Part shown: positions 26,120 to 36,134 of the stretch, piece by piece
Layout of the letters: every line of letters starts with the position of its first letter
Position numbering within the stretch: the first letter of the stretch is position 1
IMG/VR virus record: IMGVR_UViG_3300021185_002756
Coordinates: 1 to 64,000 of that record
Origin: a virus
Direction: 5' to 3' (one strand)
DNA: 64,000 bases
Notes under the pieces: model-generated
The model's input: the letters and a program-made list of their open reading frames with translations, nothing else
What the model was told of the DNA's origin: nothing
Databases searched by the model: none
Made by a program: the position numbers and the translations under genes

Positions 26120-26461
26120 TCAACCTTTATCTAGTAGATCAATTTTGTTAGGAACATCTTTCCATTCAGCAGCATCAGCAGGTCGCTTGCTTTCGTCAAC
26201 TTCTACAATATTAACAAAACTATCTAGTTTTGCTAGTTCTGCATTCAGATTGGTCCATGGATCATCTGGTTTGTCTTCTAGGTCAGTATCAGGTACTATG
26301 GCATCTACAGGACATTCTGGCACACACACTGCACAGTCAATACACTCATCTGGATCTATTACCATAAAGTTTGGTCCAATGTAAAAGCAGTCCACAGGAC
26401 ATACTGTCACACAATCTTGATGCACACATTTTATGCAATTTTCAGTTACAACATAAGTCAT
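26120..26461 (-). CDS. fdxA: 7Fe/8Fe ferredoxin (FdxA type)
   Basis: [44 protein letters not shown]. Confidence 0.92.
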   Translation of the reverse strand: MTYVVTENCIKCVHQDCVTVCPVDCFYIGPNFMVIDPDECIDCAVCVPECPVDAIVPDTDLEDKPDDPWTNLNAELAKLDSFVNIVEVDESKRPADAAEWKDVPNKIDLLDKG

Positions 26462-26859
26462 TAGTCGTCCTTGTTAAGTGTATCCCACATCTCTTTTTTC
26501 TCGAGTAGGTTGCGTTCGAGTTTGATGTATTGTTGTCTAATTTTACGTAGTTCTTTGAATTCTTTTTCTAGTTCTGGATTTGGCTGAAGTATAGCCATAC
26601 GTTGTTGTATATCTTCGAGGGTTTGTTTTAGACTGATACCGTTTATTTCGATGTCAGCATCATCTCCACTTATTCTCATCTTGCCATCTATATCGTGACT
26701 CATTGAGAATATATTGCTTGTTGCAATGTCTTCAGTTGCAGAAATCGACTGATAGGTCGGCGGACTAGTGTAGTCGTAATTTGCATCGACTACATAGTCG
26801 TCCGTATCAATGTGAGTGACTAAACCATCTTTTCCAATGGTTAGTCGTTCACCACTCAT
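26461..26859 (-). CDS. hypothetical protein
   Basis: ORF in operon; C-terminal coiled coil. Confidence 0.55.
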   Translation of the reverse strand: MSGERLTIGKDGLVTHIDTDDYVVDANYDYTSPPTYQSISATEDIATSNIFSMSHDIDGKMRISGDDADIEINGISLKQTLEDIQQRMAILQPNPELEKEFKELRKIRQQYIKLERNLLEKKEMWDTLNKDD

Positions 26860-27035
26860 TATATTGCGTTCTTTTCTTCGATGATTTCTTTACGACGCTC
26901 TTTAACTGCTTTACCTATTTCTTGTAAGGCAGCTCTGGCTCTTGTTGCGGCTGCTTTGACTTTCTTTTCAGAAAACTTTTTGTTCTCTGCGATGTAGTTT
27001 TCCATCATTTCTACTAGTTGATCGTGTGCTGACAT
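26859..27035 (-). CDS. histone H1-like Hc1 family protein
   Basis: KF.EK.VKAAATRARAALQEI.K..KERRKEI. Confidence 0.7.
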   Translation of the reverse strand: MSAHDQLVEMMENYIAENKKFSEKKVKAAATRARAALQEIGKAVKERRKEIIEEKNAI

Positions 27036-27045
27036 TTTATATTCC

Positions 27046-27228
27046 TTATAATGTTGGCGGTGCAAGAGGCGGATTATTCCATTGTATGTCTTGCATCTTT
27101 ATTGAAGTTTCTTTATGTGCTAATTTAAAAAGACGAGGTGTTCTCTTTGTAGTGGTTGGACCATTAATACCACAAGACCTTCTGGACTGCGGAAGGGTAA
27201 CACCAATACTATTTGTAAGAGTGTACAT
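27046..27228 (-). CDS. small basic protein
   Basis: RBS AGGAG. Confidence 0.45.
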   Translation of the reverse strand: MYTLTNSIGVTLPQSRRSCGINGPTTTKRTPRLFKLAHKETSIKMQDIQWNNPPLAPPTL

Positions 27229-27236
27229 GTTTTCTC

Positions 27237-27518
27237 CTAATGAAGTGTTTTGTTATTTGGGATCTGCAATTGACTATCATCAATCTTTTCAAATCCCATT
27301 TCTTCAAGTTGCTCATAAAAATCATCAGATAATTCAAACGCCTTATCATCATGTTGCTCAGCTTTTTCTTTTGGAACGCCAAGTAGTCGCATGAGGCCGC
27401 CAATTGGAATAACCCTTACTCCATTGTCGTACATGGTGGCACAGATAGCAACTACTAAACCTGCAACTGTACTGTTTTCACCAAATAAATCGTCGATATC
27501 CTTTTTTCCTTTGAACAT
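27237..27518 (-). CDS. hypothetical protein
   Basis: Downstream of a TAAATA element. Confidence 0.55.
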   Translation of the reverse strand: MFKGKKDIDDLFGENSTVAGLVVAICATMYDNGVRVIPIGGLMRLLGVPKEKAEQHDDKAFELSDDFYEQLEEMGFEKIDDSQLQIPNNKTLH

Positions 27519-27533
27519 GTGTCTATTTATTAC

Positions 27534-27866
27534 TTACAATAATAAGCCAATAATAAATTCAAACATGAATATAAAAACATAAACTGGAATCATTATAACA
27601 TAAAGAACAGATTCCCAATAGCCCATATCAGACAGTGCCCAGGCTATTGCTCCAAACACCAGTGGAAATGCAATCAGTCCGCCAATCACGTCTTCAATAT
27701 TATCTCCGCCACCGCCGCCTGATGATACGCCAAAACTTTGCTTCTGTTCTAACTTTTCAAATTGTGCCTGTTGATTTTTCACCAACGTACAAGTTGGACA
27801 ATATAATGCACTATGTCCTTTTTCCATTCCACATTCTATGCAGGTGCTTGATATTGTTGGTGCCAT
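27534..27866 (-). CDS. membrane protein with N-terminal Zn-ribbon
   Basis: CIEC..CPTC followed by two TM segments; RBS AAGGAG. Confidence 0.55.
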   Translation of the reverse strand: MAPTISSTCIECGMEKGHSALYCPTCTLVKNQQAQFEKLEQKQSFGVSSGGGGGDNIEDVIGGLIAFPLVFGAIAWALSDMGYWESVLYVIMIPVYVFIFMFEFIIGLLL

Positions 27867-27876
27867 AATCTACTCC

Positions 27877-28263
27877 TTAGTCTAGTTCACTTGTATTTAA
27901 TTCAGTAAAACCTGTCTGCTCTAGTATAGCAGTTGGTGTAATACTTGTGTCTACCTTACGTGAACGTATTTCAGCAATTGAAATTGGCTTTTTGTACTCG
28001 CCTCTTTTTGCTTCTTTGTTCTTTTCATAAAGTTTTTCAGTGATAGCATAACCTGCATCAAAATCTTTGTCGCCCCAATTTAAACTTTCTAAATGCTTGA
28101 GAGCTTCTAGTTTGGTCATTGGCTCTGGCAACTCAATAAGATTGATGTTTTCGCAGTTGTTCTTTACTAGGATTTTAATCCTGCTAACAAGATCATTTGC
28201 AAACCTAACCTTTGTTACGCCATGTTGAGCAGCAGTTCCTGCTACTGTAAATTTCTGTTCCAT
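27877..28263 (-). CDS. conserved phage hypothetical protein
   Basis: KVRFAND..RIK.L..IELPEPMTK. Confidence 0.6.
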   Translation of the reverse strand: MEQKFTVAGTAAQHGVTKVRFANDLVSRIKILVKNNCENINLIELPEPMTKLEALKHLESLNWGDKDFDAGYAITEKLYEKNKEAKRGEYKKPISIAEIRSRKVDTSITPTAILEQTGFTELNTSELD

Positions 28264-28932
28264 TTATTTTAGTACCTTTACTCTATTGATTGTTGTTGTG
28301 TCCGCAGTGTGTGATTTTACAGTGCCACGGACTTTCACTGCTACCCCTATTTCTAGTTTTTCTTTGTAATAAAAACTTGTTTTGTAATTGTCTTCTGTAA
28401 TACTATTATAACGGAAGGTACCCCAGTCTGTCAACCAAAAACTTGAAGTTGGTATAACTTTTATGTCAAGCCTACTTCCAACCTTTCCATAGGTTCCGTA
28501 TACAAAATCCTTTAACAGTGCTTCTTCTTTTTTCATCTTTTCATAAGCAGTGATCTGACTGTTAACAATACCAATATACATTTTATCCTGTGGCACTATA
28601 AATTCTTCTAATGCTACTGCGTGAGATAGGCTCTCGTCAAAACTGCTTAGTTTCTTAGTAAGTGCTTTAAGCATAAGTTTACTGCTTATATACTTTCTCA
28701 CTTCTGTGCCTTTTACTCTGTCTGCAACAGTGATCAATCCTGGAGTTTCAGCAAGTACCTTACGTGCAACTGTTCTGTTTGCTAGTGTATGCGGCTCTTC
28801 TTCCACAAGATGTGTATCAGGATCAACACTCCAAAGATCTTCTTTGTTGTATCCTCCATTTATACGTTGGGCATACACTGCGGCGGCCCATATATCTGCG
28901 GAATCAAATGCTACTGTTTCTGCTTTTTTCAT
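28264..28932 (-). CDS. hypothetical protein with C-terminal OB-fold-like region
   Basis: GKVGSRL..VRGTVKSH..TTINRVK. Confidence 0.55.
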   Translation of the reverse strand: MKKAETVAFDSADIWAAAVYAQRINGGYNKEDLWSVDPDTHLVEEEPHTLANRTVARKVLAETPGLITVADRVKGTEVRKYISSKLMLKALTKKLSSFDESLSHAVALEEFIVPQDKMYIGIVNSQITAYEKMKKEEALLKDFVYGTYGKVGSRLDIKVIPTSSFWLTDWGTFRYNSITEDNYKTSFYYKEKLEIGVAVKVRGTVKSHTADTTTINRVKVLK

Positions 28933-28948
28933 TTTGCTTACCTTAAAA

Positions 28949-29146
28949 CTATACATCTTCTTCACCTAAAAACTTTGCTTCAACACCTTTGATATGCTTG
29001 CACTTTCTATAAGCAGGACATGAACATTCCCAACCCCAATGAACCATTTCTACTGTGTACTGATCTCCCTTGCTACCAGTTACTGGCCATTTAGTACCAA
29101 CTGCCCAATGATTCTTAGTGTTGATTTTTTCGCTTGCAAATGCCAT
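28949..29146 (-). CDS. SWIM zinc-finger protein
   Basis: GSKGDQYTV..WECSCPAYRKCKH. Confidence 0.75.
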   Translation of the reverse strand: MAFASEKINTKNHWAVGTKWPVTGSKGDQYTVEMVHWGWECSCPAYRKCKHIKGVEAKFLGEEDV

Positions 29147-29514
29147 TACACTGACTCCCAATTGATTGACAACTGATCTTCGTCTACTTCTTTCCATCCA
29201 ATGCTATCACAAAACCATGCACCATCTTTGGCAACCAGTATGTCACCAACACTTACAGTCATCATCTTAGGAGCGATCCTTTGAATACGATCACGTCTAC
29301 CAAGTCCACTTGCTTCAAATGCATGTTCTACATCATCAGCAATAATGTTACCAACATGTGAATAACAACCATTTGCAAGTCCAATACTCGGCCTACCATT
29401 TCGACTTTCAATGTAGGCTTTTGCCTTAACATGACAATCCCAACCTTCTTTGTTGACCAGCTCCGCTAAGTGATTGTCTATAATGATTTGAAAAACTTTA
29501 ATTGACTGTGACAT
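29146..29514 (-). CDS. hypothetical early protein
   Basis: VSVGDIL..CDSIGW motif; early promoter upstream. Confidence 0.55.
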   Translation of the reverse strand: MSQSIKVFQIIIDNHLAELVNKEGWDCHVKAKAYIESRNGRPSIGLANGCYSHVGNIIADDVEHAFEASGLGRRDRIQRIAPKMMTVSVGDILVAKDGAWFCDSIGWKEVDEDQLSINWESV

Positions 29515-29520
29515 AAGCAT

Positions 29521-29579
29521 CTCCTTGTTTCTAACTGTATATACAGCTTAACATAAGATACGTATATGTCAACCTTTTT
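29521..29579 (-). promoter_or_regulatory. early promoter plus conserved leader/RBS
   Basis: AAAAAGGTTGACA-N16-TAAGCT-GTATATACAGTTAGAAACAAGGAG. Confidence 0.8.
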
Positions 29580-31464
29580 CTAGAAAAAGAGTTGTTTTAT
29601 CTGTGGAATATTCTACACTGGCCTGCCATTTTTTATTTTTTCTAGTACTGTTGTACCACACAACCCAAGTTGGATCAGTGCCTTTTGGCGGATATGCTCT
29701 GTGTATTCGATAGTCTGTTGGTTGTATTTGTAGTTCTTCTTTGCCCAATGCATACTCAAATACGTTTGCACCTAGTGTTATTTCTGTTACAGGATCATGT
29801 GCAAATATAGTCTGCTGACGTTCCTGCATTATCATCACATCAACTAGCAGTGGATCATCTGGAGCAAAGTGTTGTGCAACAGTGAGTAAGTCTTGATATG
29901 TTTGTGTTCTATTTGTTACACCAAGATCTTCCAGCACTGGAGCATAGGTTAAACCTGCTAGAAACATGTTGAATTCTAGTTTCTCTCCGTAGCCTTGCCA
30001 TTGTTTAAGCCAACGGTGTGCCGCTGTATCTGGATTGTTTAGACCATAATCCAAGAGATACTCATAGAACTTTTCAAATGGTGTACCATGACGCTTGTTA
30101 AGATATCGTGTTACAACCTGTGTGAATCCATTTGCATCCATCATTGATGTATACCAAGTCCATAGCCATAGTTTTTTCATCTGTTCTTCTGGCAAGTCTT
30201 TTGTGCCTGTGAGTGTTTCTTGATATTCATCTATGATGTTTGAGAAGTAGCTCTTTAGTGTGGCTTGTGTAATTCCATGCTTCTTTTTGTACTCAGGTTC
30301 ATTCATTTCTGAATTCTGCAATATGGTCACAGGGTATGCTTCTACAATGATATCTCTGCTGAGCAAATCGCACAAGCCTGAGGTCCATGACTCCCAAGTC
30401 TCACCAGGCAATCCAATGATTAATTCTGTGTTTACACTCATGTTGTTTTTGAAAGCAGTTTCAGCAACCTTGGTCATTGCTTCTTCTTTTAGGTTAACAC
30501 GTTTAATATGCTTTAATACTTCTGGATTGGTGCTTTGCAGTGCCATTGTGAAACGTCGCATCATGTCAGATTCCATAAGTTTCACTGCCATGTCTACCAA
30601 TTGTATTGTTGCGTTTTTACTCCAGTTGGTGTCAAACAAAACTGGAAATCCATACTTCTCTTTTGTGCGGATCAGCATGTCTGTAATTTCCATGTCACGG
30701 TCTTTAAAGATGCCAAAGTTAGCATCAGTGTTTGTGACCATTTCAATCTTCTGCTGGCCCATCCATTCTAGTTCTTCTTCAATGCGTTCTAAGCCAAACT
30801 TTTTTACTTTTGAAAATGTGGTTCCGCCCCAATCACAGAATGTACACATAAACGGACATCCTCTGTTGGTTTCAATTACAGCATTCCAAATCTTTCCTGG
30901 ATACATCTCATCTAAATGATCAAACAATCCCATTGTGTACGGTGATGGTACTTCTGATAAATCCATTATACGTTGACTAGGGCCAGTCATCAGTGTTTTG
31001 CCGTTACGATTAATACTGATACCTGGCACATCCTCATCAGACTTCAGTCCAACAAAACTTTGTAATAAACCAGTGAAACTCATCTCTCCTTCTTGATGTA
31101 TGAGATAGTCAACATAGGGTTTGTCTGCAAAAAAGTTTTCACTTTTGTTTGGGGTTTCTGCACCGCCTATTATCATTTTGCAATCAGGGTATCGAGCTTT
31201 AATTGCTTTCGCAAGGGCTTGATTGTATGATACATTCCATACGTAACTGCTTAGTCCTACCACTGCAGGATCAACCATTCTATCCACAAGTTGTTCAATG
31301 GGTTCTTTGACACTGTACAGGCCACCTAGTTGATAGTTTTCAACTATGCCAGGTTGTGTTGTTGCATAAGCCCATACCACGCCTACACTGTAGGGATAGT
31401 AATAATAGTTGCTACCTGGCAGTTCTAGACTCATTTGTGCCATGTAAACATTCTTCATATGCAT
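29569..31464 (-). CDS. B12-binding radical SAM protein
   Basis: N-terminal cobalamin-binding domain (VGLSSYVWN, IIGG, EGE) followed by ETNRGCPFMCTFCDW; IIGLPGET. Confidence 0.88.
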   Translation of the reverse strand: MHMKNVYMAQMSLELPGSNYYYYPYSVGVVWAYATTQPGIVENYQLGGLYSVKEPIEQLVDRMVDPAVVGLSSYVWNVSYNQALAKAIKARYPDCKMIIGGAETPNKSENFFADKPYVDYLIHQEGEMSFTGLLQSFVGLKSDEDVPGISINRNGKTLMTGPSQRIMDLSEVPSPYTMGLFDHLDEMYPGKIWNAVIETNRGCPFMCTFCDWGGTTFSKVKKFGLERIEEELEWMGQQKIEMVTNTDANFGIFKDRDMEITDMLIRTKEKYGFPVLFDTNWSKNATIQLVDMAVKLMESDMMRRFTMALQSTNPEVLKHIKRVNLKEEAMTKVAETAFKNNMSVNTELIIGLPGETWESWTSGLCDLLSRDIIVEAYPVTILQNSEMNEPEYKKKHGITQATLKSYFSNIIDEYQETLTGTKDLPEEQMKKLWLWTWYTSMMDANGFTQVVTRYLNKRHGTPFEKFYEYLLDYGLNNPDTAAHRWLKQWQGYGEKLEFNMFLAGLTYAPVLEDLGVTNRTQTYQDLLTVAQHFAPDDPLLVDVMIMQERQQTIFAHDPVTEITLGANVFEYALGKEELQIQPTDYRIHRAYPPKGTDPTWVVWYNSTRKNKKWQASVEYSTDKTTLFLEKG

Positions 31465-31466
31465 AC

Positions 31467-32162
31467 TTATCTTGAAATTTGTTTATGCCAGTCTGAAAGA
31501 TAATCCTTGCACCACTGTCTATCTAATTCGCTATCAGCGGCTTGTTCAAGTGTGTCTAACACTGGATTCCATTTTTTGTTAATAATATCTTGAAGTTGTA
31601 TATGATGTGCCTGATCGTTTACAGGAATCATTTCGGCATGTGTTTGTAAAAAAGCAAGGTCGTCAATTTTTAAGTCGCTTACACAAAGGTCACAGTATTC
31701 TGGCTTTGTAGCATATCTTTTATCGTGCCTTACTTCAATTGTACCTTCATCACTTTCAACATAGAAAACTTTTTTCCTGCGTTCAATTAACCACGGCAAA
31801 CTAGCATCATCTACTACGATTTGAATTACAGTATCATTATACCATGCAGGTAAGTAGCCTTTGTTCCAAGTGACAATAAGTTTCCCATGTCCTATAAGAT
31901 CATCTTGTTTTAATAATTGTAAAACTTCATGACGCTTTAAATCGTCGCCTCTGGTTACATTTGGTGTTCTGGTCATCCATGGAAACTTGTAAGGAGTATC
32001 TGGTTCAGATCGTATATGGTTATGATCATTGGTGTGCATATCAACTAATTCATCTGTACTAGGCAACTGCCAACTCATTACTGACTTTGCAGTTTGTAAA
32101 CACACTCCGACTGCTTTGCCACCAGCACCTCCGGTGTATTGTATAAAAATAAATTCATTCAT
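31467..32162 (-). CDS. hypothetical protein with Gly-rich loop
   Basis: YTGGAGGK N-terminus. Confidence 0.5.
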   Translation of the reverse strand: MNEFIFIQYTGGAGGKAVGVCLQTAKSVMSWQLPSTDELVDMHTNDHNHIRSEPDTPYKFPWMTRTPNVTRGDDLKRHEVLQLLKQDDLIGHGKLIVTWNKGYLPAWYNDTVIQIVVDDASLPWLIERRKKVFYVESDEGTIEVRHDKRYATKPEYCDLCVSDLKIDDLAFLQTHAEMIPVNDQAHHIQLQDIINKKWNPVLDTLEQAADSELDRQWCKDYLSDWHKQISR

Positions 32163-32208
32163 TGGACATCTGCGACTATATCAAAAGGGTTCATGTGTTT
32201 ACTTAAAG

Positions 32209-32234
32209 AAAAAGCCACCCGAGGGTGGCTTTTT
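32209..32234. terminator. intrinsic terminator (bidirectional form)
   Basis: AAAAAGCCACC-CGAG-GGTGGCTTTTT. Confidence 0.85.
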
Positions 32235-32258
32235 CAGGGGATCTCTAAAGATCTAAAA

Positions 32259-32519
32259 TTAAGCAGTTCTTGTTGCTAAAGCTCTGTAACCAGCGGCAAT
32301 AACTTCTCTAGGTGCTTTTGTGCCCATAGTATAAACCTTTACTTTTGCACCTTTTTTACCTACAGTGTTTAAGAACACTGGGTAACCAGCAAATTTAATT
32401 GCTTGGATAGCTGCACCAGGATTTGATACGTCAAATTTTGACTTAATATCAGCTGATGTTAATCTTTCACCTGACTGTAGGGCTTCAAGGATTGCACCTT
32501 GTTTACTGTTAGTTCTCAT
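32259..32519 (-). CDS. winged helix-turn-helix DNA-binding protein
   Basis: ILEALQSGERLTSADIKSKFDVSNPGAAIQAIKFAGYPV; promoter at 32581-32608 (TTGACT-N16-TATACT). Confidence 0.7.
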   Translation of the reverse strand: MRTNSKQGAILEALQSGERLTSADIKSKFDVSNPGAAIQAIKFAGYPVFLNTVGKKGAKVKVYTMGTKAPREVIAAGYRALATRTA

Positions 32520-32608
32520 TTTAGATTTACTCCGTATATCTAAGGTTAAATGTTGTTAGCCTTTCTAACAACTTGTACACAGTATAGCACCTATTTAGAA
32601 GAAGTCAA

Positions 32609-33109
32609 CTATTTGTTAACCTTTTTAGGGCTTTTGGCACGATAAAACAAATGATCATCAATACGTGCAACATAATCAAAGTCATGTCTCCACTTAGGAC
32701 GTACATTTTGTGCATGATACCACATGCTACCTTCACTGATATCTGTACCTAGGTTCCACAGTGTATATGCATCCTTTGCAACTACAAGTGCATGTTTCCA
32801 TGTGGTAGGCTCTTTAGGCTCATCTGATAATCCATCACAGTACCAACTGAACTGACATTTGTTTTTAAGCATTACAGTTTTACCATGTTCTTTTTTCCAC
32901 CATCTTGAAGTTAGTCCTTGTTCAACAACTCCACAAATTGTGTTAGGATATCTTTTACTTTTTACCCTATTCATTACCACATGCGATACTGCAATCTGTC
33001 CTGCAGTGCTTTGGTTACGTGCTTCAAAATAGATGTTTTTAGCAAGACAACTCCATTCTGCTGGTGATGCAAATAAAAATTGTAATGTTAATAATGTTTC
33101 TTTAATCAT
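32609..33109 (-). CDS. SleB-like cell wall hydrolase (Hydrolase_2)
   Basis: CLAKNIYFEARNQ..AVSHVVMNRV..CQFSWYCDG..YHA..IDDHLFY. Confidence 0.92.
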   Translation of the reverse strand: MIKETLLTLQFLFASPAEWSCLAKNIYFEARNQSTAGQIAVSHVVMNRVKSKRYPNTICGVVEQGLTSRWWKKEHGKTVMLKNKCQFSWYCDGLSDEPKEPTTWKHALVVAKDAYTLWNLGTDISEGSMWYHAQNVRPKWRHDFDYVARIDDHLFYRAKSPKKVNK

Positions 33110-33134
33110 TTTCTGCTCCTGATTCTAAGTATAT

Positions 33135-33353
33135 TTACAACATACCGCCTGGTAGTTTATTACACTGATAACTCCTGCCTTTCCAAGCACGTTCACCTTT
33201 GTAAAACTGTAGATGTTTGAAAGCATCTTCATTCATTTCTAATGCACGTTCTACACATGCTTCATATGTCTGACTTGGACCCATCATATCTTGCCAAGTT
33301 TCGCATTTATCTGGTGATCCAATTGAACACACAACTAATACTGCTTTCCACAT
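33135..33353 (-). CDS. small Cys-containing protein
   Basis: Four Cys; ORF in operon. Confidence 0.5.
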   Translation of the reverse strand: MWKAVLVVCSIGSPDKCETWQDMMGPSQTYEACVERALEMNEDAFKHLQFYKGERAWKGRSYQCNKLPGGML

Positions 33354-33506
33354 ACTACTTCTCCAACCTTAACATAATAAAACCTAAAATAAAACCTACC
33401 ATAGCCAATGACATAATAGCAATCATTATTGGCATACTTAGACCAGGTACACCAGCCATCACAAACAGGCTGAGTACCATTAGAACACTACCGTAAATCT
33501 GTAACA

Positions 33507-33812
33507 TTATGCCGCGACCTTTCCAGTAATTAACGACTTGTCTAACTTAACCTGTGTCTTACCAATCGAAGCACCAGTGTTCTGATACACATAAACAGTT
33601 CTTGGATTGACTTTGTAAACTTTACCAAACTTCTTAATACCACCGTATGTCCACTCAATAGTATCACCTATAACAACTGAAAACTTCTTTGCCTTCATCT
33701 TACCTAAGAAAGTAATGTGTCTGTTATACTCACTTGCTAACACATGCATATCAGCAGTATCTGTAATTTTTCTCATTGCTTCTAAGGCTAATTCTAATTC
33801 TTTTGAGTACAT
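33507..33812 (-). CDS. early protein with SH3-like C-terminus
   Basis: Behind the early promoter at 33820-33879. Confidence 0.6.
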   Translation of the reverse strand: MYSKELELALEAMRKITDTADMHVLASEYNRHITFLGKMKAKKFSVVIGDTIEWTYGGIKKFGKVYKVNPRTVYVYQNTGASIGKTQVKLDKSLITGKVAA

Positions 33813-33819
33813 AAATTAT

Positions 33820-33879
33820 CTCCTTGTTTCTAACTATACATATATAATAACATACTATACGTCGTTGTCAACCTTTTTT
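33820..33879 (-). promoter_or_regulatory. early promoter plus conserved leader/RBS
   Basis: AAAAAGGTTGACA-N16-TATTAT-ATATGTATAGTTAGAAACAAGGAG. Confidence 0.85.
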
Positions 33880-33892
33880 TGTGTTTTGGTTA

Positions 33893-34429
33893 ATGAAATT
33901 TGAATTTTTTACAGGCGTTCCTGGCAGTAGATGGAGCGGAATCGCACGAGAGATCAAACTGGATCCTCTGTATGATACCAGCGACAGAGCTAAACACAGA
34001 GTATACCAACATCACGGATTCTCAGGACACAAAGAAGCATACTTTGGCACCGGCATGGAGTTCAACTGTGACTTAGCAGAAGAAAATCTATCGGCTCCAT
34101 TCGCAAAAAACACTACAAAATTAATAAAACTGTTACTCAGTCATGAATGGCCCTACTACTTTGATCAAATAGTAGAACAGTATCCTGACGCACCGATTAC
34201 ACTGGTATATCGTAATAACGAAGCCTCAATGGATTGGTGGTTAGAAGCCGGTGGCTTTAATATAACATATCCTAATTATGAATTCTACTGTGATACCACA
34301 GGCATGTGGGAGCAAATAGAAAAACAGAACAAATTGATACTTGACTTTGGCCAGAAACACATGTTACAATGGATACAACATCACACATATAGTGATATTT
34401 TTATTGCAACCTACAGGAAACAAATATGA
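33893..34429 (+). CDS. P-loop/sulfotransferase-fold-like protein
   Basis: FFTGVPGSRWS, LVYR; first gene of the plus-strand cluster. Confidence 0.45.
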   Translation: MKFEFFTGVPGSRWSGIAREIKLDPLYDTSDRAKHRVYQHHGFSGHKEAYFGTGMEFNCDLAEENLSAPFAKNTTKLIKLLLSHEWPYYFDQIVEQYPDAPITLVYRNNEASMDWWLEAGGFNITYPNYEFYCDTTGMWEQIEKQNKLILDFGQKHMLQWIQHHTYSDIFIATYRKQI

Positions 34430-35394
34430 AAATATTAATTACAGGTAGTGAAGGATCCTTGATGCAAACAGTGATTCCTAAGTTGTTAAAACAAGGGCAT
34501 TCATTGGTTGGTGTTGATAATTTATATAGACACGGAGAAGTTAGCAAACTCGCTAATAAAGATTATCCATTGCATAAAATTGATTTAACCGACCGAAGTA
34601 AAACTGAAGATCTCTGTAAAGGCTTTGATGTTGTTTTCCTTGCGGCAGCAAAAATTTACGGTGTTGGCGGATTCAATCATTATTGCGGTGATATTATTGC
34701 AGATGATATTGCTATACAAGGTAATATATTTCGAAGTTGTGCAAAACACAATGTAAAACATGTTGTCTATATTAGTTCTAGTATGGTCTACGAAACATGC
34801 GTGCAAGACGTAAATGTTCCTGTTACAGAAGATATGGTTGATGATTGTGAAATGCCAAAAACAGAATATGGTGTAAGTAAAATAATAGGCGAAAGAATGT
34901 GTGAAGCATTTCATAAACAGTATGGGATAGATTACACTATTTGGAGACCATTCAATATTATAACACCAAGTGAAACTGGCATGAATGAATTAGGCTTCAG
35001 CCATGTATTTGCAGATTATATCAAAAATATTTTAATTGAAAATATAAACCCATTGCCTATTATTGGCAACGGAGAGCAAATTAGGTGCTTTACTTGGATT
35101 GAAGATACTGCATCCATTATTGCTGATTATAGTTTTGATAAACGTGCTAAAGGACAAGCCTTTAATATATGTAATGTAGAACCTATTACAATGAAAACAT
35201 TAGCACACAAAATTTATTCCCATACTGATAGCAATACAGGATTACATTTTAAAACAACAAAGAACTTTAAGCATGATGTGCTAATTAGAATACCATCAGT
35301 GCAGAAGTTTACAGATACATTTGGAGAACATACATATCAACCAGTGGATAAAAGTATTGATATTTGTGTAAAACATACCATGGATAACTCATAG
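34426..35394 (+). CDS. NAD-dependent nucleotide-sugar epimerase/dehydratase
   Basis: ILITGSEG, GVDN, ISSSMVY, YGVSK (YxxxK), RPFN, GNGEQIRCFTWIED. Confidence 0.9.
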   Translation: MKILITGSEGSLMQTVIPKLLKQGHSLVGVDNLYRHGEVSKLANKDYPLHKIDLTDRSKTEDLCKGFDVVFLAAAKIYGVGGFNHYCGDIIADDIAIQGNIFRSCAKHNVKHVVYISSSMVYETCVQDVNVPVTEDMVDDCEMPKTEYGVSKIIGERMCEAFHKQYGIDYTIWRPFNIITPSETGMNELGFSHVFADYIKNILIENINPLPIIGNGEQIRCFTWIEDTASIIADYSFDKRAKGQAFNICNVEPITMKTLAHKIYSHTDSNTGLHFKTTKNFKHDVLIRIPSVQKFTDTFGEHTYQPVDKSIDICVKHTMDNS

Positions 35395-36134
35395 TGCAAT
35401 TTGGAATACTAGGATATGGCTATGTAGGTAAGGCTACACATAAGGGCATACTAAACGATACCGATGTTATCATTCATGACACTTTGCATAACACTGAAAG
35501 AACTATACTAAGAGATGCCGAAACAGTGTTTGTATGTTTACCCACAGAAACAGAAAAGCATATCAAGGTTGTTATTGCCGAACTACAACATTTACAGCAG
35601 CTTAACCCTAATGTACAGATTGTCATCCGTAGTACATTACCATTGGGCACTTGCGAACAGATACAAAAATTAGTTGGTGATATAATTTATATTCCTGAAT
35701 TCTTACGTGAAAGATATTGGGAAACAGATTGTACAAAAAGGCCATTGGTAGTAGGATGTGATGATATTTCTTTGCCGGAATGGTTACTTGCAGAACACAT
35801 ATACACTTGTACTACCAAAGAAGCAGAACTAGTTAAAATGTATCAAAATAATTTAAACGTAGTAAAAATTGCATTTGCAAATGTATTTTATGACCTAGCA
35901 GAAAGTGTAGACGCAGACTATGATAGAGTAAAAAATGCATTTTTAAAAGTACAACATGACCAAACATATTTAGATGTGCCTGGACATGATGGTACAAGAG
36001 GATTTGGCGGAAAGTGTTTGCCTAAAGATTTAGACTTTATTATTGCAACACTAGACACACACAATATTAATCAAAATTGGTTTAAGCACATAAGAGATTT
36101 AAACAAAGAATGGACACAAAAGCACCATGTATAA
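35394..36134 (+). CDS. UDP-glucose/GDP-mannose dehydrogenase family (short form)
   Basis: GYGYVG, VCLPT, IRST, PEFLRE, AELVK, GFGGKCLPKD; lacks the C-terminal UDP-binding domain. Confidence 0.85.
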   Translation: MQFGILGYGYVGKATHKGILNDTDVIIHDTLHNTERTILRDAETVFVCLPTETEKHIKVVIAELQHLQQLNPNVQIVIRSTLPLGTCEQIQKLVGDIIYIPEFLRERYWETDCTKRPLVVGCDDISLPEWLLAEHIYTCTTKEAELVKMYQNNLNVVKIAFANVFYDLAESVDADYDRVKNAFLKVQHDQTYLDVPGHDGTRGFGGKCLPKDLDFIIATLDTHNINQNWFKHIRDLNKEWTQKHHV

